DNA of 24,000 bases from Promethearchaeota archaeon (GCA_004524535.1 SDNY01000009.1:25285-49284), one strand, 5' to 3'. Shown: positions 9,178 to 18,058, counted from the stretch's first letter. The notes: generated by a model not told the origin, from the letters alone. Made by a program: numbers and translations.

Positions 9178-10332
9178 TTAATTATTTGATTTTATTAATA
9201 AATCTAGTGCAATTAAATCTGATTTTGGTGAATATGATTTAACAATTTTAGCATTGAGCTCTTTCTCAACAAACCAGTTTAATTCATTTAATTTTGATTT
9301 TAGATTTTTTAGAGATTTTTCAATTTGTTTAGGTTTTTCACAAAATTGATAATTATGTAGAATTCCGCCAGTTTTCTTCATTAAAAAGCAGACTACATCT
9401 GTGTACTCTAATGATTTTTCAGGTAAATTCATAATTATTCTATCTGCTTTGCCTTTTAACGACTTTCCTAATTTATTTGAAGGATCAAGAAGGCTTTTAA
9501 TGTCTAAATTATACGGAATAACCTTACCTTTCATTTTATTTAATTTAATATTTTCCATAATATAATTAAAGGCATCCGGATTAATATCAAAAGAATAGAT
9601 AATGACATTATATTTCTTAGCAATCTGAATTGAAATAGGACCAACTCCTGCAAATAAATCAACGATAATTTCATTTGGTTTAATATTGCTTGAGGCAATT
9701 CTTCGCCTTTCAAAAATTAATCTTGGTGTAAAGAAAGTACGTTTTACATCAAGTTTAAAAATACATTTATTCTCCTTATAGATTATTTCGGACTTATTTT
9801 CACCATATAAAAGAGTTAATTCTCTTATTCTATATTTTCCTTTTATTTGGCTAGATTTTTCATAGACTGTTTTAACTCTTTTATTAGTTATCGTTATTGC
9901 TTTTGCTATTTTTTCTTTAAATGAATTAATTTCTTCTTTATCGTAGGAGCCAGATTTATCATATTCAATTATCGCTATATCGCCTAGTATATCATAAGAT
10001 TTCGGAATTAGAAAAAGATATCTATCTGGAATTTTATTTTTTAAAAAATCTTGAAGAGATTTGTATTTATATTTAGGATTTGGAATAGCTCTTTTAGAGA
10101 CTAATTGAAAATCACAGGTTTTTCCAATGGATTCAATTAATTTGTCTAAAAAATCCTTATTTTCAATTAATGGGAATAAAATGTAATCATTTTCTCTTAG
10201 AATCTTATGTTTTTTATCAATTATTTTTTGATTTTTAAAATTTTTATTTAATAACTTGATTAACGTTTGTCCATTTTCTTTTTTTATTTTAAGATACTGG
10301 ATATCTTTCGTATTATTGTCTTTAATTATCAT
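9178..10332 (-). CDS. trm5: tRNA (guanine37-N1)-methyltransferase, archaeal Trm5 family
   Basis: 384 aa; EIIVDLFAGVGPISIQIAKK (SAM motif I), YSFDINPDAFNYIMENIKLNKM, and the NLPEKSLEYTD catalytic-loop motif of class I Trm5. Confidence 0.9.
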   Translation of the reverse strand: MIIKDNNTKDIQYLKIKKENGQTLIKLLNKNFKNQKIIDKKHKILRENDYILFPLIENKDFLDKLIESIGKTCDFQLVSKRAIPNPKYKYKSLQDFLKNKIPDRYLFLIPKSYDILGDIAIIEYDKSGSYDKEEINSFKEKIAKAITITNKRVKTVYEKSSQIKGKYRIRELTLLYGENKSEIIYKENKCIFKLDVKRTFFTPRLIFERRRIASSNIKPNEIIVDLFAGVGPISIQIAKKYNVIIYSFDINPDAFNYIMENIKLNKMKGKVIPYNLDIKSLLDPSNKLGKSLKGKADRIIMNLPEKSLEYTDVVCFLMKKTGGILHNYQFCEKPKQIEKSLKNLKSKLNELNWFVEKELNAKIVKSYSPKSDLIALDLLIKSNN

Positions 10333-10750
10333 CGTTTACTTCAAATATTACTGAAAATTTAATAGGAGGATTTTTTAATTTTTTAATCAATTTGCGACTT
10401 AGATCATTTGATGATTTTGAACAATTAATTAAAACAGTTCTATTACAAATATAATCACTTTTTCGGAAAACTAGATCATTTTTATCTAATAAAGTTAAAT
10501 ATTTATTTCCGAAACCGAAAAATGAATCGGTTAAATTCTCAACTTTTATTGAGACCTTAATTTTTTTTTCATTTTTAATATATTTTTTTAAATTAGGATT
10601 AAGATCTATACACGACTTTGTAGCGCTAATCCCCAAAATACAGTTCCCTCTTTTCGTAAGAGAATTCTCTTTCGTCAATTCAATAGTAGTTTTATGAGTA
10701 CAGAGAATATTTTCGTGTCCATAAGCAGAAATTTTTTCCAATATCATCAT
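10322..10750 (-). CDS. DUF371 family protein
   Basis: 142 aa; AYGHENILCTHKTTIELTKENSLTKRGNCILGISATKSCIDL matches the DUF371 pattern (GHxN...THxTTxExTxxxxLTxxGxCIxG). Confidence 0.8.
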   Translation of the reverse strand: MMILEKISAYGHENILCTHKTTIELTKENSLTKRGNCILGISATKSCIDLNPNLKKYIKNEKKIKVSIKVENLTDSFFGFGNKYLTLLDKNDLVFRKSDYICNRTVLINCSKSSNDLSRKLIKKLKNPPIKFSVIFEVNDDN

Positions 10751-12402
10751 TTGTTTTTATCATCTTTAAAATAATGCAATAAATCTTGTAAATTGTTAAA
10801 AATTGAAAATTTTGATTCAAATTTAGATTTTAATATGTACTCTAATCCTTGAATTGGATTATTTTTAGAAAAATCAACATTTTCACCGAACTGGTTAATA
10901 TATTTTTCCGGGATTAAAACACCACATTTTTGATAATACTCAAAATTATTTTTAATAAATTCTTCAAATTTTTCTAATGAATTCTTATATAATAAATCGT
11001 CTTTTGCAGAAGAAATGATTGATTCGCATTGTCCCATTGGATAGAGTTCGGATAATTCAAGAGGGATTACTCCGTAAAATTCTGTAATAAAAACAACATG
11101 TAAGGATTCCCTAGGAATTATTATACAATTATTTATAGTTTCCAACCACTTCTTTATAGTTGGAGAATTTTTACCTTTTACATCTAATTCTGGCAAAATT
11201 ATTAGATATTTTGCTTCTTTAGGAACACGATAATTAGTTTTAAGCTTTTTTTCATATCTATAAATAATAGGTCTATTAAGGCTTTCATTAGATGCAAATA
11301 GTCTTCCGTGCTTTTTGTAAATCTTTTCATAGATTTCAAATAAATCATTATAATCTTTGATTACTTCTGTTGCTTTTATAAGATTTGGATGGTTCCTTAT
11401 TCTTTGCTCCACGAGTTCCCATAAATTTCCATTTCTTATAGCTTGTCGGATTGTTTTTAATTCAGAAAAAGAGAGATATAAATTATGTTTTGCCAACAGT
11501 TCAACTCTTAATTTTTCATCAAATGTTTTTATTTCCTTAGGATTATATTTACAGCAAATGGGGCAATGGCAAGGAAATTCTTCTAAATCCTCAAGTCTTT
11601 TTGTTCCTGTTGCTAATGTGAAGTACCGATTTTCTTTAGCGAATAAGATATATGCCGCAGAATCCATTAAATCACATCCGCACGCAACAGCTAAGGAAAA
11701 AAATTGCGGTAATCCTAATCCAAACATATGTAAGGGTTTGTCAGATACAAGATTTTTTTTCACAGTTAATAGGATTTTAAGTGTTAAATCAAATCTGTAA
11801 TCCAAGAATGCTTTTACTAATCCTCCAATCGCATATATCCCAAAATTAAGTTTGCTCATTTCAATAGTACTTAGTTTCAATAAATCAAAATATTTTGAAC
11901 CATGTATCGGTCCAAACCAGCTACAACTTTTATTTGTTCTTCTTTTAATATTATCTTTTGCTCTGCTTATTGTCGTAAGTACTTTAGTTTTAGCTGTTTC
12001 ATAATCATCGTTTAATTGGACAGGGACATCTAAAAAAACTGGAAAATCTGAGCCAATATTTTCCTGAAATTTTTCGATTGTGTCTGGATCGATATTTAAA
12101 TTGTCATTATTATACATATACTGTTGAAATGCACCGCAATCTGTCGCGATTAATCCATCAAAATCTAAATATCGATGTATCCCCTTTTTCAAGACATCCT
12201 CTTTTATTTGAGCGTTTTGATAAATGATATAAGCGTTAGTAAATAGACATTGAGCACCAAAACTTTTTAATTCTGAAGGAGTTATTATATTTTTATAAGG
12301 GTGGACAACGGGAAAGAGATTAGGGGTAATTATCTCCCTAGAACGAAATTTAATTTTTCCAATTCTGCCGAGGGCATCTACATCTATTATTTCATAATTC
12401 AT
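10747..12402 (-). CDS. tgtA: Archaeosine tRNA-guanine transglycosylase (archaeal TGT)
   Basis: 551 aa; LGRIGKI....TPNLFPVVHP....FGAQCLFTNAYIIY....TDCGAFQ....FGIYAIGGLV....PLHMFGLGLPQFFSLAVACGCDLMDSAAYILFAKENRYFTLATGTKRLEDLEEFPCHCPIC. Retains both expected Asp motifs and zinc-binding cysteines. Confidence 0.93.
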   Translation of the reverse strand: MNYEIIDVDALGRIGKIKFRSREIITPNLFPVVHPYKNIITPSELKSFGAQCLFTNAYIIYQNAQIKEDVLKKGIHRYLDFDGLIATDCGAFQQYMYNNDNLNIDPDTIEKFQENIGSDFPVFLDVPVQLNDDYETAKTKVLTTISRAKDNIKRRTNKSCSWFGPIHGSKYFDLLKLSTIEMSKLNFGIYAIGGLVKAFLDYRFDLTLKILLTVKKNLVSDKPLHMFGLGLPQFFSLAVACGCDLMDSAAYILFAKENRYFTLATGTKRLEDLEEFPCHCPICCKYNPKEIKTFDEKLRVELLAKHNLYLSFSELKTIRQAIRNGNLWELVEQRIRNHPNLIKATEVIKDYNDLFEIYEKIYKKHGRLFASNESLNRPIIYRYEKKLKTNYRVPKEAKYLIILPELDVKGKNSPTIKKWLETINNCIIIPRESLHVVFITEFYGVIPLELSELYPMGQCESIISSAKDDLLYKNSLEKFEEFIKNNFEYYQKCGVLIPEKYINQFGENVDFSKNNPIQGLEYILKSKFESKFSIFNNLQDLLHYFKDDKNK

Positions 12403-12434
12403 ATTAATTATAATTAAAATTTTTCAGTTATTTT

Positions 12435-13028
12435 TTAGTCAAAAAATTCATCTATACGGTCGTTTTGAGAGAGAATTTCAAGCCAATCTATTTTTCCGAG
12501 GATATATTTTTCTACATTAATATTATTTACAATTAAATCTATTATAATTTTTGCTATAGAGTCTATAGTTAAATTAGTAGTCTCAATTTCATACATAGGT
12601 GATTTTATTTGTTTTTGAATTAAAAAGTTGGTACAATTTCCTAGAATTTCTGCCTGTATATTTTCTCTGATTTTTTCAATGTTATATCCTCTTATTTCTA
12701 GTCTTTTATATAATTCATCTGGATTACATCTTAAAATAATAGCATAATCAATATATTTCTCAGGGATGGCATCAGAAAAGTGGCCTTCGATTAAAAGGAA
12801 ATCTATATTTTCCTTATTATATAATTCAATTAGATTTTCTACATACGGAATTAATTTATTAAAATCTACGATATGAGTTTCTCTCTTTTTATCATATTTA
12901 ACTGTTAAATTTTCTGAAACTGTGAGTTCATTTAATGAAATGATTTTAGCATTAATTTTTTCAGAAATCTTTTTTGAAACTGAAGTCTTGCCGCATCCAG
13001 GAGTTCCAGAAATTATAATAATTTTCAT
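12435..13028 (-). CDS. Fap7/hCINAP-like adenylate kinase family protein
   Basis: 197 aa; P-loop GTPGCGKTSVSKKIS, FLLIEGHFSDAIPEKYIDYAIILRCNPDELYKRLEIRGY....KIRENIQAEI as in archaeal Fap7-like kinases. Confidence 0.87.
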   Translation of the reverse strand: MKIIIISGTPGCGKTSVSKKISEKINAKIISLNELTVSENLTVKYDKKRETHIVDFNKLIPYVENLIELYNKENIDFLLIEGHFSDAIPEKYIDYAIILRCNPDELYKRLEIRGYNIEKIRENIQAEILGNCTNFLIQKQIKSPMYEIETTNLTIDSIAKIIIDLIVNNINVEKYILGKIDWLEILSQNDRIDEFFD

Positions 13029-13209
13029 TTAACAATAATTAAAAGAGAAAATTGATTAAAAAAATAATGGTTAATTAGTGTTATTATACAATACGGAAAT
13101 CCCAGACATATTCAATGCAAAGGGAGGCTATTCACAACGAGAATAATATTTTTTCTCTCATGAGAGTAATATTTTAAGCTGAAGTTTTGCAACCAGATGT
13201 GAGCATTGG

Positions 13210-13310
13210 TGCGGGGAGGGGGCTTCGAACCCCCGACCTCACGGTTTCCAGCCGTACTTATCAAGTTACGGTTATCAGCCGTGCGCTATACCAGGCTAAG
13301 CCATCTCCGC
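13210..13310 (-). tRNA. tRNA-Ile (anticodon GAT) with 27-nt intron; CCA genomically encoded at 13209-13207
   Basis: Reverse strand: GCGGAGA TG GCTTAGCCTGGTATAGC G CACGG CTGATA [ACCGTAACTTGATAAGTACGGCTGGAA] A CCGTG AGGTC GGGGG TTCGAAG CCCCC TCCCCGC A CCA. Acceptor stem has one A-C mismatch. Intron at 13272-13246, at the canonical 37/38 site. Confidence 0.92.
13246..13272 (-). other. tRNA-Ile archaeal-type intron (bulge-helix-bulge)
   Basis: Removing 27 nt restores a perfect 5-bp anticodon stem (CACGG/CCGTG) with loop CTGATAA. Intron stem CCGT/ACGG flanked by 3-nt bulges TA^A and AA^A. Confidence 0.83.
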
Positions 13311-13478
13311 ACGTCGTTTTATATGATTAAAATAGTTTGTTTGATTTTAATCAATAAATTATGGCTTAATGATTAATTCTAAGTATAAATAATTAAAAAA
13401 TTTTTTGAAGAGCTTCATACCTAAATTTTATTAGGCAAAAGGATATAAATTTAAATGTAAATAAAAAGAGTGAGTTAA

Positions 13479-13910
13479 ATGCCGAATATTTTAAATTATT
13501 CAATAATAGGATTACAAGATTTTAGTATTAGCTTTGAGAGTTATTGCCGACAGTGTGAAATTCAAAGACATTGTAAATATGGAAAAGAAGAACCATTTAC
13601 TGTAAAAATTAATTGTAATGATTTAAATAGAGCTAAGGAAAAAATAAAACTCGAGCAGCTCCAAAAGCTTCAAAAGAAGGAGGATGTTTCCGTTCCTTAT
13701 GAGGACCTTATTAAAAAAGTAAAGATCAACTTGCAAGGTATATTTTCTACAATATGGAAAGACAAAATTAAATCTCATAAGGAAGAAATTAGATGTTTAG
13801 ATTCTCGAAAAGTTGATTCAATGTTAGTAGGTCAACAGGGTCAAGATTGGTGGAGCGATTTTAACTCAACAATGAAAGTTATTAACGCAGAATGCGAAAA
13901 GATTCTTTAA
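13479..13910 (+). CDS. Hypothetical protein with Cys-rich N-terminal region
   Basis: 143 aa; YCRQCEIQRHCKYGKEEPFTVKINC (C-x2-C-x5-C plus a later Cys); no family recognised. Confidence 0.6.
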   Translation: MPNILNYSIIGLQDFSISFESYCRQCEIQRHCKYGKEEPFTVKINCNDLNRAKEKIKLEQLQKLQKKEDVSVPYEDLIKKVKINLQGIFSTIWKDKIKSHKEEIRCLDSRKVDSMLVGQQGQDWWSDFNSTMKVINAECEKIL

Positions 13911-14011
13911 ATTACTATTAAAACATATTTTGGTTAATTTAAATCTTAGTTTTCTAATTTCTCTGATTCAAAATATTTGTAGACTTTTAATAGTTTATTT
14001 TAAACATTTTA

Positions 14012-14638
14012 ATGATGATTTTAAACTTCAATTTAGACAGCCATAAAAATATTGGTGTAGAAGTTTTAAGCGGATTAGAAAATTGGTGCAAGGAATTTAA
14101 TGATTTTGCCTTAACTTTTTTTATTTTTTTAAAATATATTTTTGTTTTAATATTAATAACTATAGGGATATTGACCTTATTAAAATTAAAAGGAATTTAC
14201 CTTCAAGTAAGAACTAAAGATTTGGAAAAAAAGGAAGATCGTCTAAAGTATCTTCGATTATTTATGGGTTGGACATATATTTTTTTAGGTCTTGGAATTT
14301 TATTTAACTATTTAATATATTTTTTAATATGGGTATTGGAACCATTACCAGATAGATTTATATTTAGATTTTTAAATTTTCACGGAAAAATTAATCCAGA
14401 GCATATTAATAGAATAAAAGATATTAATGCTTCGAAATATCCTCATGAAAAGTCAATTTATTATTGCATTGCTATTGCTTCTTTCATTTCCACTTTAGAT
14501 TTAATTTTAAGTGTGTGGTATCTAATAAATAATAATCGTGTTATCAGTAAACCACGAGCTGTAATTATGAATTTAGTGGGGTCTGTTATGGGAGTAATAA
14601 TGTTTGGAATAACAACTTTCCTACCTTTTTTTCTATAA
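14012..14638 (+). CDS. Integral membrane protein, about four predicted TM helices
   Basis: 208 aa; hydrophobic segments FALTFFIFLKYIFVLILITIGILTLL, LFMGWTYIFLGLGILFNYLIYFLIWVL, YYCIAIASFISTLDLILSVWYLI, AVIMNLVGSVMGVIMFGITTFLPFFL. Confidence 0.7.
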   Translation: MMILNFNLDSHKNIGVEVLSGLENWCKEFNDFALTFFIFLKYIFVLILITIGILTLLKLKGIYLQVRTKDLEKKEDRLKYLRLFMGWTYIFLGLGILFNYLIYFLIWVLEPLPDRFIFRFLNFHGKINPEHINRIKDINASKYPHEKSIYYCIAIASFISTLDLILSVWYLINNNRVISKPRAVIMNLVGSVMGVIMFGITTFLPFFL

Positions 14639-14701
14639 TTAGGAAAACATAGAGAAAGAATAATATTAGTGCCTTTCCAGATTCAGTTTCAATATTTATA
14701 A

Positions 14702-16219
14702 TTAGACTAAAGTACTAATAGGTTCTTCCATTTCAATATTATTCTCATCAAGGAATTTTATTAATTCGTTTCTTTGTTTCTTAAGAATTGATGTCTTAGC
14801 TAAAAATAATCCAAATCCCTCTTTCTTATTTTTTTCATATTTGTACCGGTCAATTTCTAGATGTTTTTCCACAAATAGATTTATACTGTCTCTTAAAGAC
14901 AAATGTGAGCTTGGTCTTATTGCAAATGCCCCTAGTTTTAGTGTTCTCATATCCTTCCACCATTCTGGAAAATATACTTTAGTCCCATATCTTTGATTAA
15001 GAATCTCTAATTTTTCATAATTCGCTGTTTTTGCAAACAGGTGATATAATATTGGCACGAAATTAAATAAGTCATTATTGTCTTTCTCCGCAATGTTTGA
15101 TAGATAAGTAAATGATTCTTGAATTGTTTCTCTTGTTTCTCCTGGATGATTGGAAATTAGTCCGAATGAACATTTATATTCTAAATTTTTATGAATAGCG
15201 ATAACATTTTCAAGTTGATTTAAAAAATTAGTAGGATTATGAGTCTTATTCATTATTCCCAATATTCTTTTAGAAAAAGTTTCCACTCCATAAAATTGAA
15301 ACATCTTCTTTTTTTGAAGATTAGAAATCAATTGTTCATTGAGTATATCTATTCGGGTTTCAACAAAATGATGGATAACTTCCTCATCGACTTTATATAG
15401 ATCAAGAAATTTATTTAGCCAATTTTTATTATAGCCGAAACAGGGATCGAGAAAACCATAATATTTGATGTCTTGATTAAGTCCATAATTTATTATCGTG
15501 TTTATTTCTTGGACTGCCCTTTTGGGAGTGTATGACCTCCATCGTTTAATTTTTTTACCCTTAGCAAGACTTTCTTCAATACAATAAGAACAGTTATGAG
15601 GGCACCCACGACTAAGCGATATACTTAGTCCCCTTGCTTGTGTCCTTATGTAATCTATATATTTGTCCAATAGTGTTATATCTAAAGGAGGGAGGTCGTC
15701 TAGCCTATTAAAGGGAGTTCCTTCTATAATTGTTGGAATCCTTTTTTTCTTTCTCTCGTTGGAAATCAAATGATATAGTGCACTCTCTCCCTCGCCAATA
15801 ACGACATAATCAAAAGGAGAATTGGAATAAATAAAATCATTTGGACAGCTAGAGGCATGGTATCCTCCAGAAACTATTATTGATTCAGGAAAATTATGTT
15901 GAAGATATTCAGCAATTAATTTCATTCCCAGATAATCAAAGGATATTCCAGAAATACAAATATAAGTTTTATTATCCAAGTTAAAGTCTAGTTTTGAAAT
16001 AGCATTATCTAAAACTAAATGAATTTTTTTTAGATTATTAATTGAGAGAAAGTCGCCTGAAACATTATTTTCTGCAGGAAGATATATAACATCTGTAACA
16101 ATATTATTAATTCTTGCATTTAAGTAATTTTCTAAATATATAAACCACATAAGAAGTTCGTTAGAGAGATTTTTTTTCACAAATTGAAATGGTTGGATAA
16201 AGAGGACTTTTTTTGGCAT
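14702..16219 (-). CDS. B12-binding-type radical SAM protein (copy 1)
   Basis: 505 aa; N-terminal cobalamin-binding-like domain (ISGISFDYLGMKLIAEYLQHNFPESIIVSGGYHAS...DYVVIGEGE) and radical SAM SLSRGCPHNCSYCIEE (CxxxCxxC). Confidence 0.92.
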   Translation of the reverse strand: MPKKVLFIQPFQFVKKNLSNELLMWFIYLENYLNARINNIVTDVIYLPAENNVSGDFLSINNLKKIHLVLDNAISKLDFNLDNKTYICISGISFDYLGMKLIAEYLQHNFPESIIVSGGYHASSCPNDFIYSNSPFDYVVIGEGESALYHLISNERKKKRIPTIIEGTPFNRLDDLPPLDITLLDKYIDYIRTQARGLSISLSRGCPHNCSYCIEESLAKGKKIKRWRSYTPKRAVQEINTIINYGLNQDIKYYGFLDPCFGYNKNWLNKFLDLYKVDEEVIHHFVETRIDILNEQLISNLQKKKMFQFYGVETFSKRILGIMNKTHNPTNFLNQLENVIAIHKNLEYKCSFGLISNHPGETRETIQESFTYLSNIAEKDNNDLFNFVPILYHLFAKTANYEKLEILNQRYGTKVYFPEWWKDMRTLKLGAFAIRPSSHLSLRDSINLFVEKHLEIDRYKYEKNKKEGFGLFLAKTSILKKQRNELIKFLDENNIEMEEPISTLV

Positions 16220-16237
16220 ATACTTTTCTCACGAGAT

Positions 16238-17857
16238 TTATAGTCCTTCAGATATTTTACCTAATTTATCAAAATCTTTTTTAAATCCAATGAATTTTGG
16301 GAAGGAATAGAAAGAATTTTTCAATTTTGTCTGAGTCCTAAATACGCTTTTAACAAAATCCTTTGTTGCCTTTAGACCTTGTTTGAATGATAAATTCTCA
16401 CTTGGGTCGAGAATACATCCAAATCCAGGCTGGTCTGAATCGAATATTTTCCACCACTCTTTATAATAATATTTTGCTCCAAACATTTCTTCCCCTTTAT
16501 CATAGATCTCATTACCAGTAAAAAGTTCAAATGGAAAGAATTCTAAATTAATTTTATATTTCTCCATTAAAGGAACAGCTCCATTATTTTTCTCAAAAAA
16601 GAAAGCCCATCTTTCATTTAATGTTTTCTTGTCTGTTCCTGGTATTCCTAATAAATAAAAATATACAACTGCAATATCCATTTTATTAGAATACTTAATA
16701 ATTTCCCTTGTCTTTTTTAAATAATTTTTTCCTCCATTATCAATTTGCAAAGCATTTTTTCCAGATATCTTCCCCATTCTGGTCAATAACTTTTTGGAAA
16801 CCGATTCTAATCCAAGACCAAGAATCATATTATATTTTTTATAATTATCTAAGTCTTTCAGAGTAGTAGTTTCCACACGATCAAAAACATTAATTCTAAA
16901 GTTTATTTTTTCAGATAATTTCTCTAATTCTTCAAAAAATCTATCCCGCATACTTCTTTTAGGAAAGAACATTGAATCAATTATATGTAATTGCCTAATT
17001 TTTAGCCAATCTGTATTGATAATTGATTTTAAATCTGCAATACAATTTTCTATGGACCTAGATCTTACTTTTTTACACGCTTTAGAATAATTTTCAGAAG
17101 GGAGGCAAAACTTACAACGGAAAGCACAACCTCTTGTAAAACGAATGTAGAAGCTTCCAATTCCTTTAATAGCATTTTTATATTTTTTATACAATTCGAG
17201 ATTAAGAGGTGGAAGCTCATCTAAGTTTTCTAAGCATTCTCCTTCTAAAATAATCGGATTTTCATTTAGATTTTTTCTACGCTTTATTGTTCCGCTTAAT
17301 GAATTTTGAACAAAATTAAAAAATGGGATCTCTCCTTCATCAATTATTATATAATCGAAAGGAGAGCAATTTTTTGGGTAAAAATTATCGAAATATGAAG
17401 GGATATTTTGAGAGTAAAAGTTTTTAGGAAAAATTGATGGATGAACGCCACCTACCACAATATCACACTCTGGATTAATAAAATGCTTTATCACGCTCGC
17501 AACCTCAACAGAATTAAGATATGCGAAATCTGAATAACATGAGATAGCTGCAATATCGAATTTGAAGCGTTCATAAATATTATATAAAAGTTCTTTTAGA
17601 GCGTTTCTATATTCATCTATATTTGCCGGCCAATAATCAAGTTGAGGTTCTATCCTTAAATCAAGATATTCCTCTTGGATATCTCCATTTAATTCAGTTT
17701 TTTTTGAATTCAAATAATTTGAGAATCTTATAAAAGGTTCAGTACAAATTTGAGGTGAGAAACAGAAAAATAAATAAGGGTGTATATAAAGAATTCTTTT
17801 TGTATTAGACATTATAACTTCTTTCTTTTTTTTTAACTTGAATCTAAGTATGTTCAT
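16238..17857 (-). CDS. B12-binding-type radical SAM protein (copy 2); true start possibly ATG at 17812
   Basis: 539 aa; DIVVGGVHPSIFPKNF....FDYIIIDEGE and TRGCAFRCKFCLPS (CxxxCxxC). The family-like start MSNTKRILYIHPYL lies 15 codons inside the listed ORF (ATG at 17812). Confidence 0.92.
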   Translation of the reverse strand: MNILRFKLKKKKEVIMSNTKRILYIHPYLFFCFSPQICTEPFIRFSNYLNSKKTELNGDIQEEYLDLRIEPQLDYWPANIDEYRNALKELLYNIYERFKFDIAAISCYSDFAYLNSVEVASVIKHFINPECDIVVGGVHPSIFPKNFYSQNIPSYFDNFYPKNCSPFDYIIIDEGEIPFFNFVQNSLSGTIKRRKNLNENPIILEGECLENLDELPPLNLELYKKYKNAIKGIGSFYIRFTRGCAFRCKFCLPSENYSKACKKVRSRSIENCIADLKSIINTDWLKIRQLHIIDSMFFPKRSMRDRFFEELEKLSEKINFRINVFDRVETTTLKDLDNYKKYNMILGLGLESVSKKLLTRMGKISGKNALQIDNGGKNYLKKTREIIKYSNKMDIAVVYFYLLGIPGTDKKTLNERWAFFFEKNNGAVPLMEKYKINLEFFPFELFTGNEIYDKGEEMFGAKYYYKEWWKIFDSDQPGFGCILDPSENLSFKQGLKATKDFVKSVFRTQTKLKNSFYSFPKFIGFKKDFDKLGKISEGL

Positions 17858-18058
17858 AATTTAAAATACTGATATAAAAAGTCATAGAAAAATGAAATGG
17901 AAAACTTAAAAATGGAGTAGTTTAAATGGAAAAACTAGAATATAGTAAAAATGAAATTTTTTTTTAATAAAAAATATACTTTAGGTTAAAATCATAACAA
18001 AGAAAGGAGTATTCCTTTTTTTAGTGGATTAGCTATCTATTAATAAGTAAGGATTGGG

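Noticed and set aside
11357-11800. 147-aa plus-strand ORF
   Set aside because: Complement of well-supported tgtA sequence, including its zinc-motif region; no independent support.
13240-13283. Reading the tRNA gene as tRNA-Ser(GGA) from the arm ACGG-CTGGAAA-CCGT
   Set aside because: The body has type I length, and the GGCTGATAACC...GAGGTC context matches tRNA-Ile(GAT). Excision at 37/38 restores a perfect anticodon stem with GAT.
14010-14016. ATGATGA as a C box of a C/D sRNA
   Set aside because: Overlaps a start codon region and no convincing D box or guide architecture follows.
17860-18058. Repeated AAATGGAAAA-like motifs between the divergent genes
   Set aside because: Short, A-rich and imperfect; expected by chance in sequence of this composition.
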